Shown piece by piece: positions 26,261 to 40,510 of a stretch of 64,000 bases of DNA. The position numbers and the translations under genes were made by a program. The stretch's first letter is position 1; each line of letters opens with the position of its first letter. Where the stretch lies: contig CP068257.2 in NCBI GenBank assembly GCA_009914755.4, positions 39,808,001 through 39,872,000 on the forward strand, in the 5' to 3' direction. The notes beneath the pieces are model-generated. The model did not search any database. It had not been told where the DNA came from and saw only the letters and a program-made list of their open reading frames with translations. Source of the DNA: the human T2T-CHM13v2.0 reference genome, Homo sapiens.

Positions 26261-26689
26261 GTGAGTGTTGCCAGCTGCATGGAGCTGGAGAAGCACATGT
26301 CATGGTCAAAAAAGGGACCCTGGGCCTTATGCACTTCCTTCTTCGCTCCCCCAAGGCTGATCCAAAGACATCTGACCCGTAGCACTCAAAGGGTGGACAG
26401 GGCTGAGGGAGGCAGGGCAGGGAGTGCGGATGTGGGGGTGGAGTCAGCAGCGAGGGATGCTCAGGCTGCGTTGTGCCTACTCTGTCACGAGCATCACCCA
26501 GATCCCTAAGGCAGTAAGGGGTGGGATAGGATTTTCTAGTGCCAAAACCTCTTCTTTCCCCTGATCCACAGTGTCCCATAAGAAAGCAAAGAATGACTCC
26601 CCACCCTCCACATAGGCACGGCCTCCAAATGACCTTGACACTTGGATTTGAAGTCTATCCACTTATACTGATGTTTTTCTTCTTGACAG

Positions 26690-26831
26690 AAAATTAATGC
26701 CTTTAATCAGGACATCACTGCTCTCATGCAAGGAGAGGAAACTGTAGGGGAGGAAGACATTCGGCTGTTTACCAGACTCCGACACGAGTTCCACAAATGG
26801 AGTACAATAATTGAAAACAATTTTCAAGAAG
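26690..26831 (+). CDS. MX1: MX1 coding exon 9 ([47 protein letters not shown] + 1 nt)
   Basis: Acceptor cttgacag|AAAATTAATG and donor CAAGAAG|gtgagtgtc. Confidence 0.96.
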
Positions 26832-27699
26832 GTGAGTGTCTTAGTCCCTTCTTTTGGGCTGCTACAACTGAATACCTGAGACTGGGTCATTTATGAACAG
26901 TAGAAACTTATTGCTCATTGTTCTGGAGGTGAGAAATCTATTCTTAAGGAATCAGGAAATTTGGTGTCTGGTGAGAGCTTGTTCTCTGCTTCAAAGATGG
27001 CACCTTCTAGCTGTGTCCTCTCATGGGATAAGGGATGAACAAGCTTCCTCGGACCTCTTTTTTACAGGGGTACCACAGGCATACCTCAGAGATATTGTGG
27101 GTTCAGTTCCAGACAAAACAAATATTGCAATAATGCAAGTCATATAAACTTCTTGGTTCCTGGTGCATAAACAGTTCATTTATGCCCTACTGCAGTCTAT
27201 TAAGTATGTAATAGCATTAGGCCTAAAAAATATGTATGTACCTTAGTTTAAAACACCTTATTGCTAAAAAATTGCTGATACAGAAACAAAAAGTGAGCAT
27301 GTGCTACTGGAAAAAAAATGGTGCTGATTTGCTTGACATGGGATTGCCACAGACTTTCAATTTGTAAAAAATACGGTATCAGTGAAGTGCAATAAAACAA
27401 GATATGCCTGGAATGCCATTATGCGGGCAGAGTGCTCATAACCCAATCCTTCCTAAAGGTCTCCTCTGTTGATACCATCACACTGGGGATTAAGTTTCAA
27501 CATAGGAATTTTTAGGGGACACCAACATGTAGACCATAGCAATGAGTCAATACCGTGGTAAACCTGATACGTTGGCTTAAGACAGAGAAGAGTGGGGCAG
27601 TTGGGGAGGATGGTCAGGATAAGGAGCTAGTGACAACTAAAGCCATGTTTGCTCTCTTCTATATCACTGAACCCAAATGACCATCCACTGATGAAATGA

Positions 27700-28100
27700 T
27701 AAACCAACTGGCGTGTGTCTGTGTGTCGCAGTTGGCTTTGGCTGTCATAACAAAGTACCACAGACTTGGGGGAGCTTAAACAGTAGAAATTTATTTTCTT
27801 ACAGTTCTGGAGGCTGGAAGTCCAAGATCAAGATGTTGGTGGAGCTGGTTCCTTCTAAGGCCTCTCTCCTTGCCTTGCAGATGGCCTCTTCTCATTGGGT
27901 CCTCATGTGGTTGTCCCTCAGTGTGTGTGTCCTCATCTCCTCCCACAAGGACACTAGGCAGATGGGATAAGGGCCCACCCTAGTGACCTGATTTCAATTT
28001 AATTACCTCTTTGCCTGTCTCCAAACACAGTCAGATTCTGAGTTTCTGAGGGTTAGGACTTCAACATTGGAGTTTGAAGAGGTCACAACTCAAGCTCAGC
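27700..28100 (+). repeat. Ancient interspersed repeat, same unnamed family as 16690-17060
   Basis: ..gctgtcataacaaagtaccacagacttggg.gagcttaaacagtagaaatttattttcttacagttctggaggctggaagtccaagatcaag.. Confidence 0.45.
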
Positions 28101-28423
28101 CCGTAACACCAAGTCCTGGAATATTTCCAGCCACAGACAGGCACAGAGTGCTGGTCCACAGCACCCCATGGATGAACCTTGAAAATGTCATGCTGAGTGA
28201 AAGAAGCCAGCCACAAAGGCCACACGGTCTATGATTCCATTGATAGAAAATGGCTAGAACAGGCAAACCCAGGCAGGCAGAAAGCAGAATAGTGGCTGCC
28301 AGGGGCTGGGGAGGGAAAAGTGGGAAGATATCACTGATGGGTGATGGATGTGGGGTTTGGGAGTTATGTCTGGGGATGGTCGCACAACTTTGTGAATATA
28401 CTAAAATTCACTCACCCATACAC

Positions 28424-28719
28424 TTTTTTTTTTCTTTTTCTTTGGAGACAGGGTCTCACTCTGTTGCCCAGGCTGGGGTGCAGTGGCTCAGTCTCGGCTC
28501 ACTGCACCCTCTGCCTCCCAGATTCAAGCGATTCTCCTGCTTCAGCCTCCACCTCCCTAGTAGCTGGGATTATAGGCACCTGTCTAATTTTTGTATTTTT
28601 AGTAGAGATGGGGTTTCACCATGTTGGCCAGGCTGGTCTCGACCTCCTGACCTCAGGTGATCACTGGCCTCAGCCTCCCAGAGTGCTGGGATTACGGGCG
28701 TGAGCCACTGTGCCTGGCC
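28424..28719 (-). mobile_element. Alu, antisense
   Basis: poly-T ggagacagggtctcactctgttgcccaggctggggtgcagtgg...ggcgtgagccactgtgcctggcc. Confidence 0.9.
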
Positions 28720-29215
28720 TGAACCATATATTTTTAACAGAGTGAATGTTATACTATGTAAATGACATCTCAGTTAGAAAAATCCTTATGGGAAAATATT
28801 TCCTGACTAAAAAAAGTGTTCTAGATTACCACTCAAAAAGGAACTCAAACCCTCTGAACTTCTGATGGGGCTAACTCTCTCTAGTGTGGATTGTTGGGAG
28901 TACAAATCATTCCAAAAGTTTAAAGAAAAATGCAGCATCTTACACAGTGAACAGTGCTACTGTATCACATTCATACAAGTTGATGTGCCTGGTTTACTCT
29001 GTTATCCCATTTGACTTGTAAACACTTTCTACACATGGCAATACTTTCGACACATGAATATGTGATGTATTGTTAATTCCAGAAAGTGTTCATGCTCATT
29101 TCTAATGGGCATGCAGTTGAGGGCAAGGAGTGTATTATGGTACAATTTCTTTGGTAAAACTAAAATTGGATTCACAAAACTTCATACTCGAGTACGTTTT
29201 TAAGAAGGGGTCTTG

Positions 29216-29592
<377 letters not shown>

Positions 29593-29618
29593 CTAAGGAA
29601 AATTATCTTCAGATCTGG

Positions 29619-29622
<4 letters not shown>

Positions 29623-29662
<40 letters not shown>
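29623..29662. repeat. (TG)20 microsatellite, ~155 nt upstream of the MX1 coding exon 10 acceptor
   Basis: direct read. Confidence 0.95.
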
Positions 29663-29665
<3 letters not shown>

Positions 29666-29819
29666 CCCTGGATATTTTTAGTTTACCAGTTAGATTTGAT
29701 TTGATACCACTTTTTCTTGCCATTTATATTTTCAGAAAATTTAGAATGGTATTGTGTTTAGAAAAATGTGCAAGATTATTTTTGTAAAATAATTTAGAGG
29801 GTTTTTTTTCCTGCTATAG

Positions 29820-29978
29820 GCCATAAAATTTTGAGTAGAAAAATCCAGAAATTTGAAAATCAGTATCGTGGTAGAGAGCTGCCAGGCTTTGTGAATTACA
29901 GGACATTTGAGACAATCGTGAAACAGCAAATCAAGGCACTGGAAGAGCCGGCTGTGGATATGCTACACACCGTGACGG
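29820..29978 (+). CDS. MX1: MX1 coding exon 10 (2 nt, then [52 protein letters not shown] + 1 nt)
   Basis: Acceptor cctgctatag|GCCATAAAAT and donor GTGACGG|gtgagtgct. Confidence 0.96.
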
Positions 29979-31849
29979 GTGAGTGCTCAGTTTCACCTCT
30001 GAGCATTGATTTCTAAAGAAAGGAAAGGTTCGAACCAAAGCCAGCACCAAACTTCAGCACTTTCCTCCTGGGGTGCATCCCACACCAACGAGCAAACCTC
30101 TCATTCTCCAGATGCCAAGTTGGTATTCAACAATTCAATTCAATTCTGACACTAACTACCCTCAGTCAGTGTGGACCCCATAGCTTAAGGGCTCAGTTCC
30201 ACAACACTGGCCCCAACTACAAATGCCGGTCACAAGTCCCAGACCTCCTATTCTTCTGATGGACTGTTTATAAATCAAGGTTCTTGCGACCCATTCCTCA
30301 GGTCAACCAAGAACTCTGGAACACACTTCACTGACATTTACTGGTCTATTAGAAAGGATTTGATAAGGGGCACAAATGAAGCTGTTGGAGAGGCACATAG
30401 TGGGGGCCTGAACACAGAAGCTTCTGTCCCCACGGGGTTGGGGGCACCACCCTCATGGCACAGAGATGTGGTCATCAACCAGGGAGCTCTTGGAACCTCA
30501 CCACGGAGAAGGTTTTATGGAGGCCTCATCATGAAGGCATGATGGAGGATTGACTCAATCTCCAGGCCCTCCCTCCTCTGTGGAGCTGGAAGTTCTAAGT
30601 TTCTAGCCAAGGCTTGGTCTTTCTAGTGCCCGGCCCCAATCCTGAAGCTATGTAGGGGCCCACCAGGCATCATCTCTTCAAAACACGAGATACTCCTAAG
30701 GCTGGACATTCCAAGAGATGTAGGGGCTCTATGTTAGGAAATGGGGACAAAGACAAAATATTTATATTTTTCCTATCACACCACACCTCCCCCCTGCTCC
30801 ACTGCTATGCTGGCTTCACACTCAAAATCGGCTGTTTATTTGAAATCTCCGAGGAGTAAAGCCAATGGTTCCATAACTGCACGTGTAGATGTGTTTGGAA
30901 CCTTTTGGAGTGCTGTAGGAATCTAGGTGTGTCACGGATAGGTAGGAAACTAGATCCTACTGTGGATCCACTCCCTTCTTGAAATGCTTTGCTTTCTTGG
31001 TTTTCCAGGTATTAAATCTCTATTCTTCATCCTCTCCTTGACTGACAGTATCCTTACTCACACTTCAGCTGCCTCATCTTAGCAGTAATTAATAATCACT
31101 CATGGATCCATGAACTAAGGAGCTGGAGATAGCCTCAGAACAGCTCATTCAGAGGTGTATTTCCAGTAAAATTGACCTTTTTGCCCTGATAATCATATAC
31201 CAAAACCTGCAATCATGTTGTTTTGGTCCATTGTAGACTCTTAACTCATTCCAGAGGAAAGTTTATAATACTTAGAGCCTTATAGTCATAAAAATCAACA
31301 TAGATATACCTATTTCTTTTTCAGAAATGTATGACATGGAGATCAATAAGAGGTTTTCAATCATAAAGATACTATACCTTGTATTACAATAAAATTCTGT
31401 GAGGAAGTAGAATAGAAATGAGTTTCAAAAATAAAAGATAAATAATATAAATTTTTTAATCTAAGAGCTTGTTCTTGTATTTTTTTCAAATGGATAATGT
31501 AGACACTCAAATTCCATTGATATATTTAAGAGTGATTTGACTTATATTAAGAGTTGTATTATAAAATATTAATATTTATAATTTAAAAGAAATTACATTC
31601 TTTGCAGCTATTTAGGATAAAAAGTTTAAATATCAAATAAATGTATGCCAGGGGTCATTTGCTTTTAAGATTCTTCCAGCAAATTATTAAGCAAAAAGAG
31701 CATGCCTTGCTTTTTCATGGTAAAGAGAAGAAGGGAGCGGGGAGAGGGGAAACTTTACTTCATACCATTTGATCCTCATATTTTTTTGCATCTTAAGAAG
31801 AGAACAAATGATCCTACCAATATTGAACTATTTTTCTCTCTTTGATTAG

Positions 31850-31926
31850 ATATGGTCCGGCTTGCTTTCACAGATGTTTCGATAAAAAATTTTGAAGAGT
31901 TTTTTAACCTCCACAGAACCGCCAAG
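31850..31926 (+). CDS. MX1: MX1 coding exon 11 (2 nt, then [25 protein letters not shown])
   Basis: Acceptor ctttgattag|ATATGGTCC and donor GCCAAG|gtaaaacc. Confidence 0.95.
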
Positions 31927-32234
31927 GTAAAACCAACCATGTGTTGTTTAAAAAAAAAAAAGAAAAGAAATTAAGCTTGACACTAGAAAATAGATTTCTT
32001 GGATGAGGATTATTTCAACTTTATTGTATACTTTTAGAACAGCAAATAACATCACTCACTAGTGCTTCTTCTGATGTTACCGGTGATGTCTGGTTAAAAG
32101 CAATAAAGGAGGGAGTGCTTAAACGCACAGAACAAGAGATCCACAGTTAGCGGAGAAGATTATCACATCTAAGGGCAATGGCTCCAAATCCAGAAACTCA
32201 CTGAGGAAACTACATATAAAAATAGAATATTTCT

Positions 32235-32547
32235 GGCCCGAGTGGGCATGATGAGCCTGTAATCCCAGCACTTTGGGAGGCTGAGGCCGGTAGATGACTT
32301 AAAGCCAGGAGTTTGAGACCAGCCTGGCCCACATGGCAAAACCCCATCTCTACTAAAAATACAAAAAAGTAGCTGGACGTGGTGGTGCATGCCTGTAATC
32401 CCAGCTACTTGGGAGGCTGACACTTTAGAATTGATTGAGCCCAGGAGGTGGAAGTTGCAGTGAGCCAACATTGCATCACTGCACTCTAGCCTAGGCGATG
32501 GAGCGAGACCCTGTCTCAAAAAAAAAAAAAAAAACAAACAAAAAAAC
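32235..32547 (+). mobile_element. Alu with long poly-A
   Basis: ggcccgagtgggcatgatgagcctgtaatcccagcactttgggaggctgagg... Confidence 0.9.
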
Positions 32548-33303
32548 TTTCCATCCAGAGTGAGGAAAGAGCCTACAGGAAATGAGCCTGGGGGACAGAC
32601 TGGGCCAAGAGACCAGACTTAGCCACTCTTAGAAATAGGTGTCCCCGGCACAGATGAGGAGCCTGGCCCCATGATTCACCAGCTGGAGGCCTTGGGATGT
32701 GCCACTTCCAGCCTGTGCCCCTGACTCCTCATTCATAAAAGAAGACTGATAAGGCCTTCCTCAGAAGGTTGAGATGGACGTGGAGTAAGATGTTTAGGAT
32801 GCACCTGCCACTGTGCACTGTGCCTCTCCTCAAGGCCTGGAGGGTCCAGGGGTGAAGTTTCTCCTCCTCAGGTTTTGGCAACCAGTTTCTCTAAACCCCG
32901 GGAACATAAAACATAATTTTCTGACTTAAACATGGCTTTCCTGCTCATCCCTGTGGATTATCTGATGGATATGACAATCCTCGCCATCAGATATAGAAGC
33001 CCCTAAAAGAGAAAGGAAAGAAGCTGAGTTACGGGGCCTGAAAGCAAGCCTGTGCAGGTCCCCAGGCCCCGGGATGGGGGTCCGGCCCATCTGTGGCTCA
33101 AGCCTCCTGGGAAGCTCTGACCCTCAGCCAGGGCTAGAAACCTGCCTTAGATACACCAGGGCGCGGCCCAGAGGGCTGTTCCAGGAAACGTGCTGTTTCA
33201 CTCACGTTGGGTAACCTGGTATTTACGGACTTCTTACCTACTTTCCTGTGACTCAGGAATTTGTGTCTTGAGGGAAACTGTATTTATTTATTTTTTACTG
33301 TAG

Positions 33304-33552
33304 TCCAAAATTGAAGACATTAGAGCAGAACAAGAGAGAGAAGGTGAGAAGCTGATCCGCCTCCACTTCCAGATGGAACAGATTGTCTACTGCCAGGACC
33401 AGGTATACAGGGGTGCATTGCAGAAGGTCAGAGAGAAGGAGCTGGAAGAAGAAAAGAAGAAGAAATCCTGGGATTTTGGGGCTTTCCAATCCAGCTCGGC
33501 AACAGACTCTTCCATGGAGGAGATCTTTCAGCACCTGATGGCCTATCACCAG
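33304..33552 (+). CDS. MX1: MX1 coding exon 12 ([83 protein letters not shown])
   Basis: Acceptor ttttactgtag|TCCAAAATTG and donor CACCAG|gtacgtc. 249 nt, phase 0. Confidence 0.96.
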
Positions 33553-33682
33553 GTACGTCTTCGCGTGGTTCAGGATGCCAGCTTCCATTCTTTCCTTTTC
33601 TTCTGAACGCCTCTCTCTTTAGTCTTGCTTTCTCTGTAGGTGACGTTGGTCAGCTCTGTCGTTTACCTCCTTGTTAGCCTCC

Positions 33683-34050
33683 TGTATTAGTCCATTTTCA
33701 TGCTGCTGATAAAGACATACCTGAGACTGGGCAATTTACAAAAGAAAGAGGTTTAACGGACTTACAGTTCCACATGGCTGGGGAGGCCTTCTACCATCAC
33801 GGCAGAAGGCAATGGGCACTTCTTACCTGGCGGCGGTGGCAAGAGAGAGAATGAGAGCCAAGTGAAAGGGGTTTCCCCTTATCAAACCATCAGATCTCAT
33901 GAGACTTACTCACTACCATGAGAACAGTATTGGAGAAACTGCCCCCATGATTCAGTTATCTCCCCCTGAGTCCCTCCCACAACATGTGGGAATTATGGGA
34001 GTACAATTCAAGATGAGATTTGGGTGGGGACACAGAGCCAAACCATATCG
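33683..34050 (-). mobile_element. THE1-family MaLR LTR, antisense
   Basis: tgtattagtccattttcatgctgctgataaagacatacctgagactgggcaatttacaaaagaaagaggtttaa...gatgagatttgggtggggacacagagccaaaccatatc. Confidence 0.85.
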
Positions 34051-35557
34051 CCTTCGTAGAAGCAGCTCAACCTCAGACAGAGAGATGGTGGCTTAGAGCC
34101 AGTGACATCTGGTTTTGATGGCTGTCTAGCTCTGGCCAAGTTACTTAACCTCTCTGAGCCTCAGCTTTCTTTGTAAAATGGTGTCTCCTCATAGATTCTA
34201 GTGCATATTCCAGGAGACGAGTGTGGATGATGATAATGGATTGCTAATGGAAAAACCAAACTCTGTTAAAATATTTGAAAGAGGTTTATTCTGAGCCAAA
34301 TATGAGGGACCATGGCTCTGGGAACAGTCTCAGGAGGTCCTGAGGAAGTGTGCCTGAGGCTGTCAGGATGCAGTTTGATTTTATACATTTCAGAGAGGCA
34401 GGAATTGTAGGTAAAATCATAAATCAATACATGGGAGGTGTACTTGCCCTCCCTAAAGAGGCAGGACACCTTGAAGGAGGGGGAGCTTACCAGTCATAGG
34501 TGGGTTCAGAGATTTTCTGGTTGACGATTGCTTGAAAGAGTTAAACTTTGTCTACAAACTTGACATCAATAGAAAGAAATGCCTGAGTTAAGGGCAGTGT
34601 TAGAGGCCAAAGGTATGTAGATGAAGACTCTGGGTAGCAGCCTTCAGAGAGAATAAATGGTAAATGTTTCTTTTCAGGCCTTAGAGGCAGCAGGCTCTCA
34701 GTTAATCTCTCCTAGATTCAGGGAAGGCCTAGAAGGGGAGAGGTCTGACTGCATTAATGGAGATTCTCTACAGGTGCAAATTCCCCCCCCACAAAACATG
34801 GCAGGGCCATTTCAATCTGTTGGTCCTGTTACAGCCGTTTCAAAATATGTCCACAAAATATATTTTTAGGTAAAATATTTGTATTTCCTTTAGGGTCTGC
34901 AATCTGTCTTGTGATGCTATACCAGAGTCGGGTTGGAAAGTAAGCCATTTTATACTGAGTTCATGGAAACTCATCCAAGGAGATTTCATGGTTTGTGGGG
35001 TGTGTGTGACTTAACCCCTGCCTCACATGACTTTATAATATGGTATCTTACTACTCCAGAGTCTTTTTGGCCAACCTTATGATCTCAATTTCAACCTAAA
35101 CTCCAAAAGGGCCTGGCTTCTCTTCCTGTTACGGCCAGGAATTCAGATTTTCAGGTTTCTCTGGGGTCCACTTGGCCAAGAGGGGGTCTGTTGAGTTGGC
35201 TGGAAGGCATAGGATTTTATTTCTGGTTTACAACAATTTCCTTAGTGCAGCATTGGAATGCAATGGTAGCAGACTAAATGGAAGCTATCGCGTAGACACA
35301 TGCTTTGATTGATACTGCACGATTCAGTTAACCTGAAGTACAATCTAATTCATCCTAGGGAAGGAGGCAGTGAACACAGACACAACTCAGGTAGAGCCCT
35401 TGGGATGTGTAAACACCTGAGGAGGTAAAGCAAATTGTAATCTCTCGGTTTATCAGATGTCCCCATTGCCTTACTATTTGGATGCTTTAAAGCAGGGCCT
35501 CTCAAACTCCACCCAGCACGGAGGCCTCCTGGGATCTTGTGGAAATGCAGATGCTGA

Positions 35558-35892
<335 letters not shown>

Positions 35893-36441
35893 CTCTGCAT
35901 TTCTAACGGGCTCTCAGGGGTCACCATACTACTGGATAGAGGCCACACTTGGAGGAGCAAGGCTCTAAACCGAGGGTCAACATCCATTCCTCCAGACACT
36001 GGGAGCTGCATGCACGTGAGTGAAGCCAGTTAAGGGGAAGACAGGCATGCACATCAGCTTCTCCTGCAGCCAAGCTCACACCTGTCTGCTGCTTCCACTG
36101 CCTCCTAGAATGAACAGTTACCTTGAGAGTAGGTGAGGCATATACATGCACAGAATCCAAACAATAGGATGAGTGACAATGGCAGAGGAGTCTCCGAGCC
36201 AAGCAGCTCCCTGGACAGAAGCAGCCCTTCTCCGCGTTCATTTCTGTCCTCCGAGGCTGACTCATGCACTCAAAAGCTCCCATGCATATACATTTTATAA
36301 TGGTTTTTACACAAAGGTTAGCAGAGGAGTGGACGTGCTGCTCTGTACCCTGCCTCTTTTGCTGTACCTGGGAGATTGTTCTGCCTCAGTTCTGATGGGG
36401 CTGCCTTGTTCTTTTCAATGGCTGCTGAGTATCCCATTTTA

Positions 36442-37203
<762 letters not shown>

Positions 37204-37316
37204 TCACTTAAAGTCAGTGGGTTACACATGTTACCCACATCTACAGAATACCTCCGCAGCAATACCTAGATTCGTGTTTGATGGAATCACTGGGGACTCG
37301 AGCCTAGCCAAGCTAA

Positions 37317-37744
<428 letters not shown>

Positions 37745-38689
37745 TGTTGGGGTTTTTTGACAGCCTAATAGGTGAAAATGACATCTCATTACAATCTTAA
37801 TTGGCATTCTCTTATGACAACAAGCTGGTACATCTTTTTGTGTGTTGAGGGTTATTTCTATTTCTTGCTCAGCAAACAGTTCATCCAGGAAGAGCTTCTT
37901 GGTGAGATAGTAGACCTCTGCGATTTCTGTTGCAGACGATCTACATTTTGTCATTTGCTTTGTCATTTTTGTCTATGGTGGTTTTAGACTATGCGTAAGT
38001 TTTCTAGAGCAGAAACTCAAGTTGGATTTGGGCCTCAGTGGTTATTGCCATACTTTAAAAGGACTTTGTCTCCCTGAGATGATAAATGAGGTGGACAATA
38101 TTTTCTTTAAGTAATTTCTTATTTTAACTGTTACATGATACCTTTGGCCCATTTGGAGTTCTTTGATGTCAAGAATGAGGCAGGATCCAGATGGCAGCAG
38201 AGGTCCCAGTCCCATCCTGGAAGGGTCGTCTAGTTCCCACTGGTACTCCACACGCCCACTCAGGCACTCACTTCCCCTCTGCGTTGGGTCTTGTCTGCAA
38301 GACTCTCTTATGTTTTACCATCTAGTGCAGCCAGCACCCCCACATCACCCTCACTTTTTCTTTCTTTAAATTGTGCAGAAATATTCATCATGTCTATTTT
38401 GCCATCTTAACCATTTGGGGGTACATAGTTCAGTGGCATTAAGTACATTCATATTGTGCCAGCATCACCAGCAGCCACCTCCAGGACCCTATCACCTTCC
38501 CACACTGAAACTCTGTCCCCATTAAACACATTCCCCATTCCCCGCCCCTGAATCCCTGACAGCTACCATCCTACTGTCTGTCTCTGTGAATTCAACTAAC
38601 CTGAGTACCTCATAGGAGTTGTGACTGGCTTGTTTCATGCAGTATGATGTCCTCATCCAGGTGGTAGCAAGTGTCAGAGTTTCACGCCT

Positions 38690-38891
38690 ATTTATTTATT
38701 ATTATGAGACAGAGTCTTGCTCTGTCGCCCAGCCTGGAGTACAATGGCGCGATCCCAGCTCACTGCAGCCTCCCCCTGCCTGGGTTCAAACAATTCTCCT
38801 GCCTCAGCCTCCCATGGTGTGCCGCCACACCTGGCTATTTTTTGTATTTTTAGTAGAGACGCGGTTTCACCACGTTGACCAGGCTGGTCTG
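38690..38891 (-). mobile_element. Alu, antisense, truncated
   Basis: tgagacagagtcttgctctgtcgcccagcctggagtacaatggcgcgatcccagctcactgcagcc... Confidence 0.85.
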
Positions 38892-39211
38892 GAAATGCAG
38901 TTTTTGCACTGTCTGCCTGCTTACCTTTATAGAGCATATTTTGCCCTCTTCCATCAGAATTACCCATTTAATGGTCAGGAAAAGCTGCTGGGAATATGAC
39001 TCATAGCTGGGACATTCTCTGCACTGTGCATAGTTCCTCTCTGCCACCACCATGGAGGAGATTGATGGGTTTGAAACCCAGGGGAAGGTCATTGCCCTGC
39101 GAGGGTCTCCCTCATTGAGAATCTGGATCCCCTCATGTGCACATGGTGAGGTCAGAGTCCCCTCCTCACAGTGTCCCCTCCACCCTCCCGTGAACTGTTC
39201 TTTCCTTCCAG

Positions 39212-39442
39212 GAGGCCAGCAAGCGCATCTCCAGCCACATCCCTTTGATCATCCAGTTCTTCATGCTCCAGACGTACGGCCAGCAGCTTCAGAAGGCCAT
39301 GCTGCAGCTCCTGCAGGACAAGGACACCTACAGCTGGCTCCTGAAGGAGCGGAGCGACACCAGCGACAAGCGGAAGTTCCTGAAGGAGCGGCTTGCACGG
39401 CTGACGCAGGCTCGGCGCCGGCTTGCCCAGTTCCCCGGTTAA
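39212..39442 (+). CDS. MX1: MX1 last coding exon ([76 protein letters not shown]); stop TAA at 39440-39442
   Basis: Acceptor tttccttccag|GAGGCCAGC. Translation matches the MxA C-terminus. The 13 coding exons sum to 1989 nt = 662 aa + stop. Confidence 0.96.
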   Translation, partial: EASKRISSHIPLIIQFFMLQTYGQQLQKAMLQLLQDKDTYSWLLKERSDTSDKRKFLKERLARLTQARRRLAQFPG

Positions 39443-39900
39443 CCACACTCTGTCCAGCCCCGTAGACGTGCACGCACACTGTCTGCCCCCGTTCCCGGGT
39501 AGCCACTGGACTGACGACTTGAGTGCTCAGTAGTCAGACTGGATAGTCCGTCTCTGCTTATCCGTTAGCCGTGGTGATTTAGCAGGAAGCTGTGAGAGCA
39601 GTTTGGTTTCTAGCATGAAGACAGAGCCCCACCCTCAGATGCACATGAGCTGGCGGGATTGAAGGATGCTGTCTTCGTACTGGGAAAGGGATTTTCAGCC
39701 CTCAGAATCGCTCCACCTTGCAGCTCTCCCCTTCTCTGTATTCCTAGAAACTGACACATGCTGAACATCACAGCTTATTTCCTCATTTTTATAATGTCCC
39801 TTCACAAACCCAGTGTTTTAGGAGCATGAGTGCCGTGTGTGTGCGTCCTGTCGGAGCCCTGTCTCCTCTCTCTGTAATAAACTCATTTCTAGCAGACACT
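39443..39900 (+). other. MX1: MX1 3'UTR (cleavage site approximate, ~39895-39905)
   Basis: AATAAA at 39876-39881, ~20 nt before the presumed cleavage site. Confidence 0.8.
39876..39881 (+). terminator. MX1: MX1 polyadenylation signal AATAAA
   Basis: tctctgtAATAAActcatttctagcag. Confidence 0.8.
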
Positions 39901-40198
39901 GCTCTGCCATGTTTTGTATTTTGGCGAGAAGCCTGAAACTAGCAGGTAGGGTGCAGTGGAGCAGTGGACGTAAAGCTGCCCTCTGTGGCGGGGCCAGGTA
40001 GGAGCAAGCAAAAGAACAGGGTCTGATGATTTCCTAGAGACTGGAGGGAAATGGGGGAACACACTTTAAAAAATGAAACAATATGAAGCCAACGGTGCTA
40101 ACTTAATAATGTGCATTGATCAAATGTCCAATTTGTTGAGTCACTGGGCACCTGGCATGGAGTTGAAAAGCACAAGGCCCAGTCAGGAAGCGGTTGCC

Positions 40199-40510
<312 letters not shown>

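Noticed and set aside
25889-26509. 206-aa plus-strand ORF
   Set aside because: It contains MX1 exon 26138-26260 in frame, then reads through the GT donor into the intron. Only the exon portion is coding.
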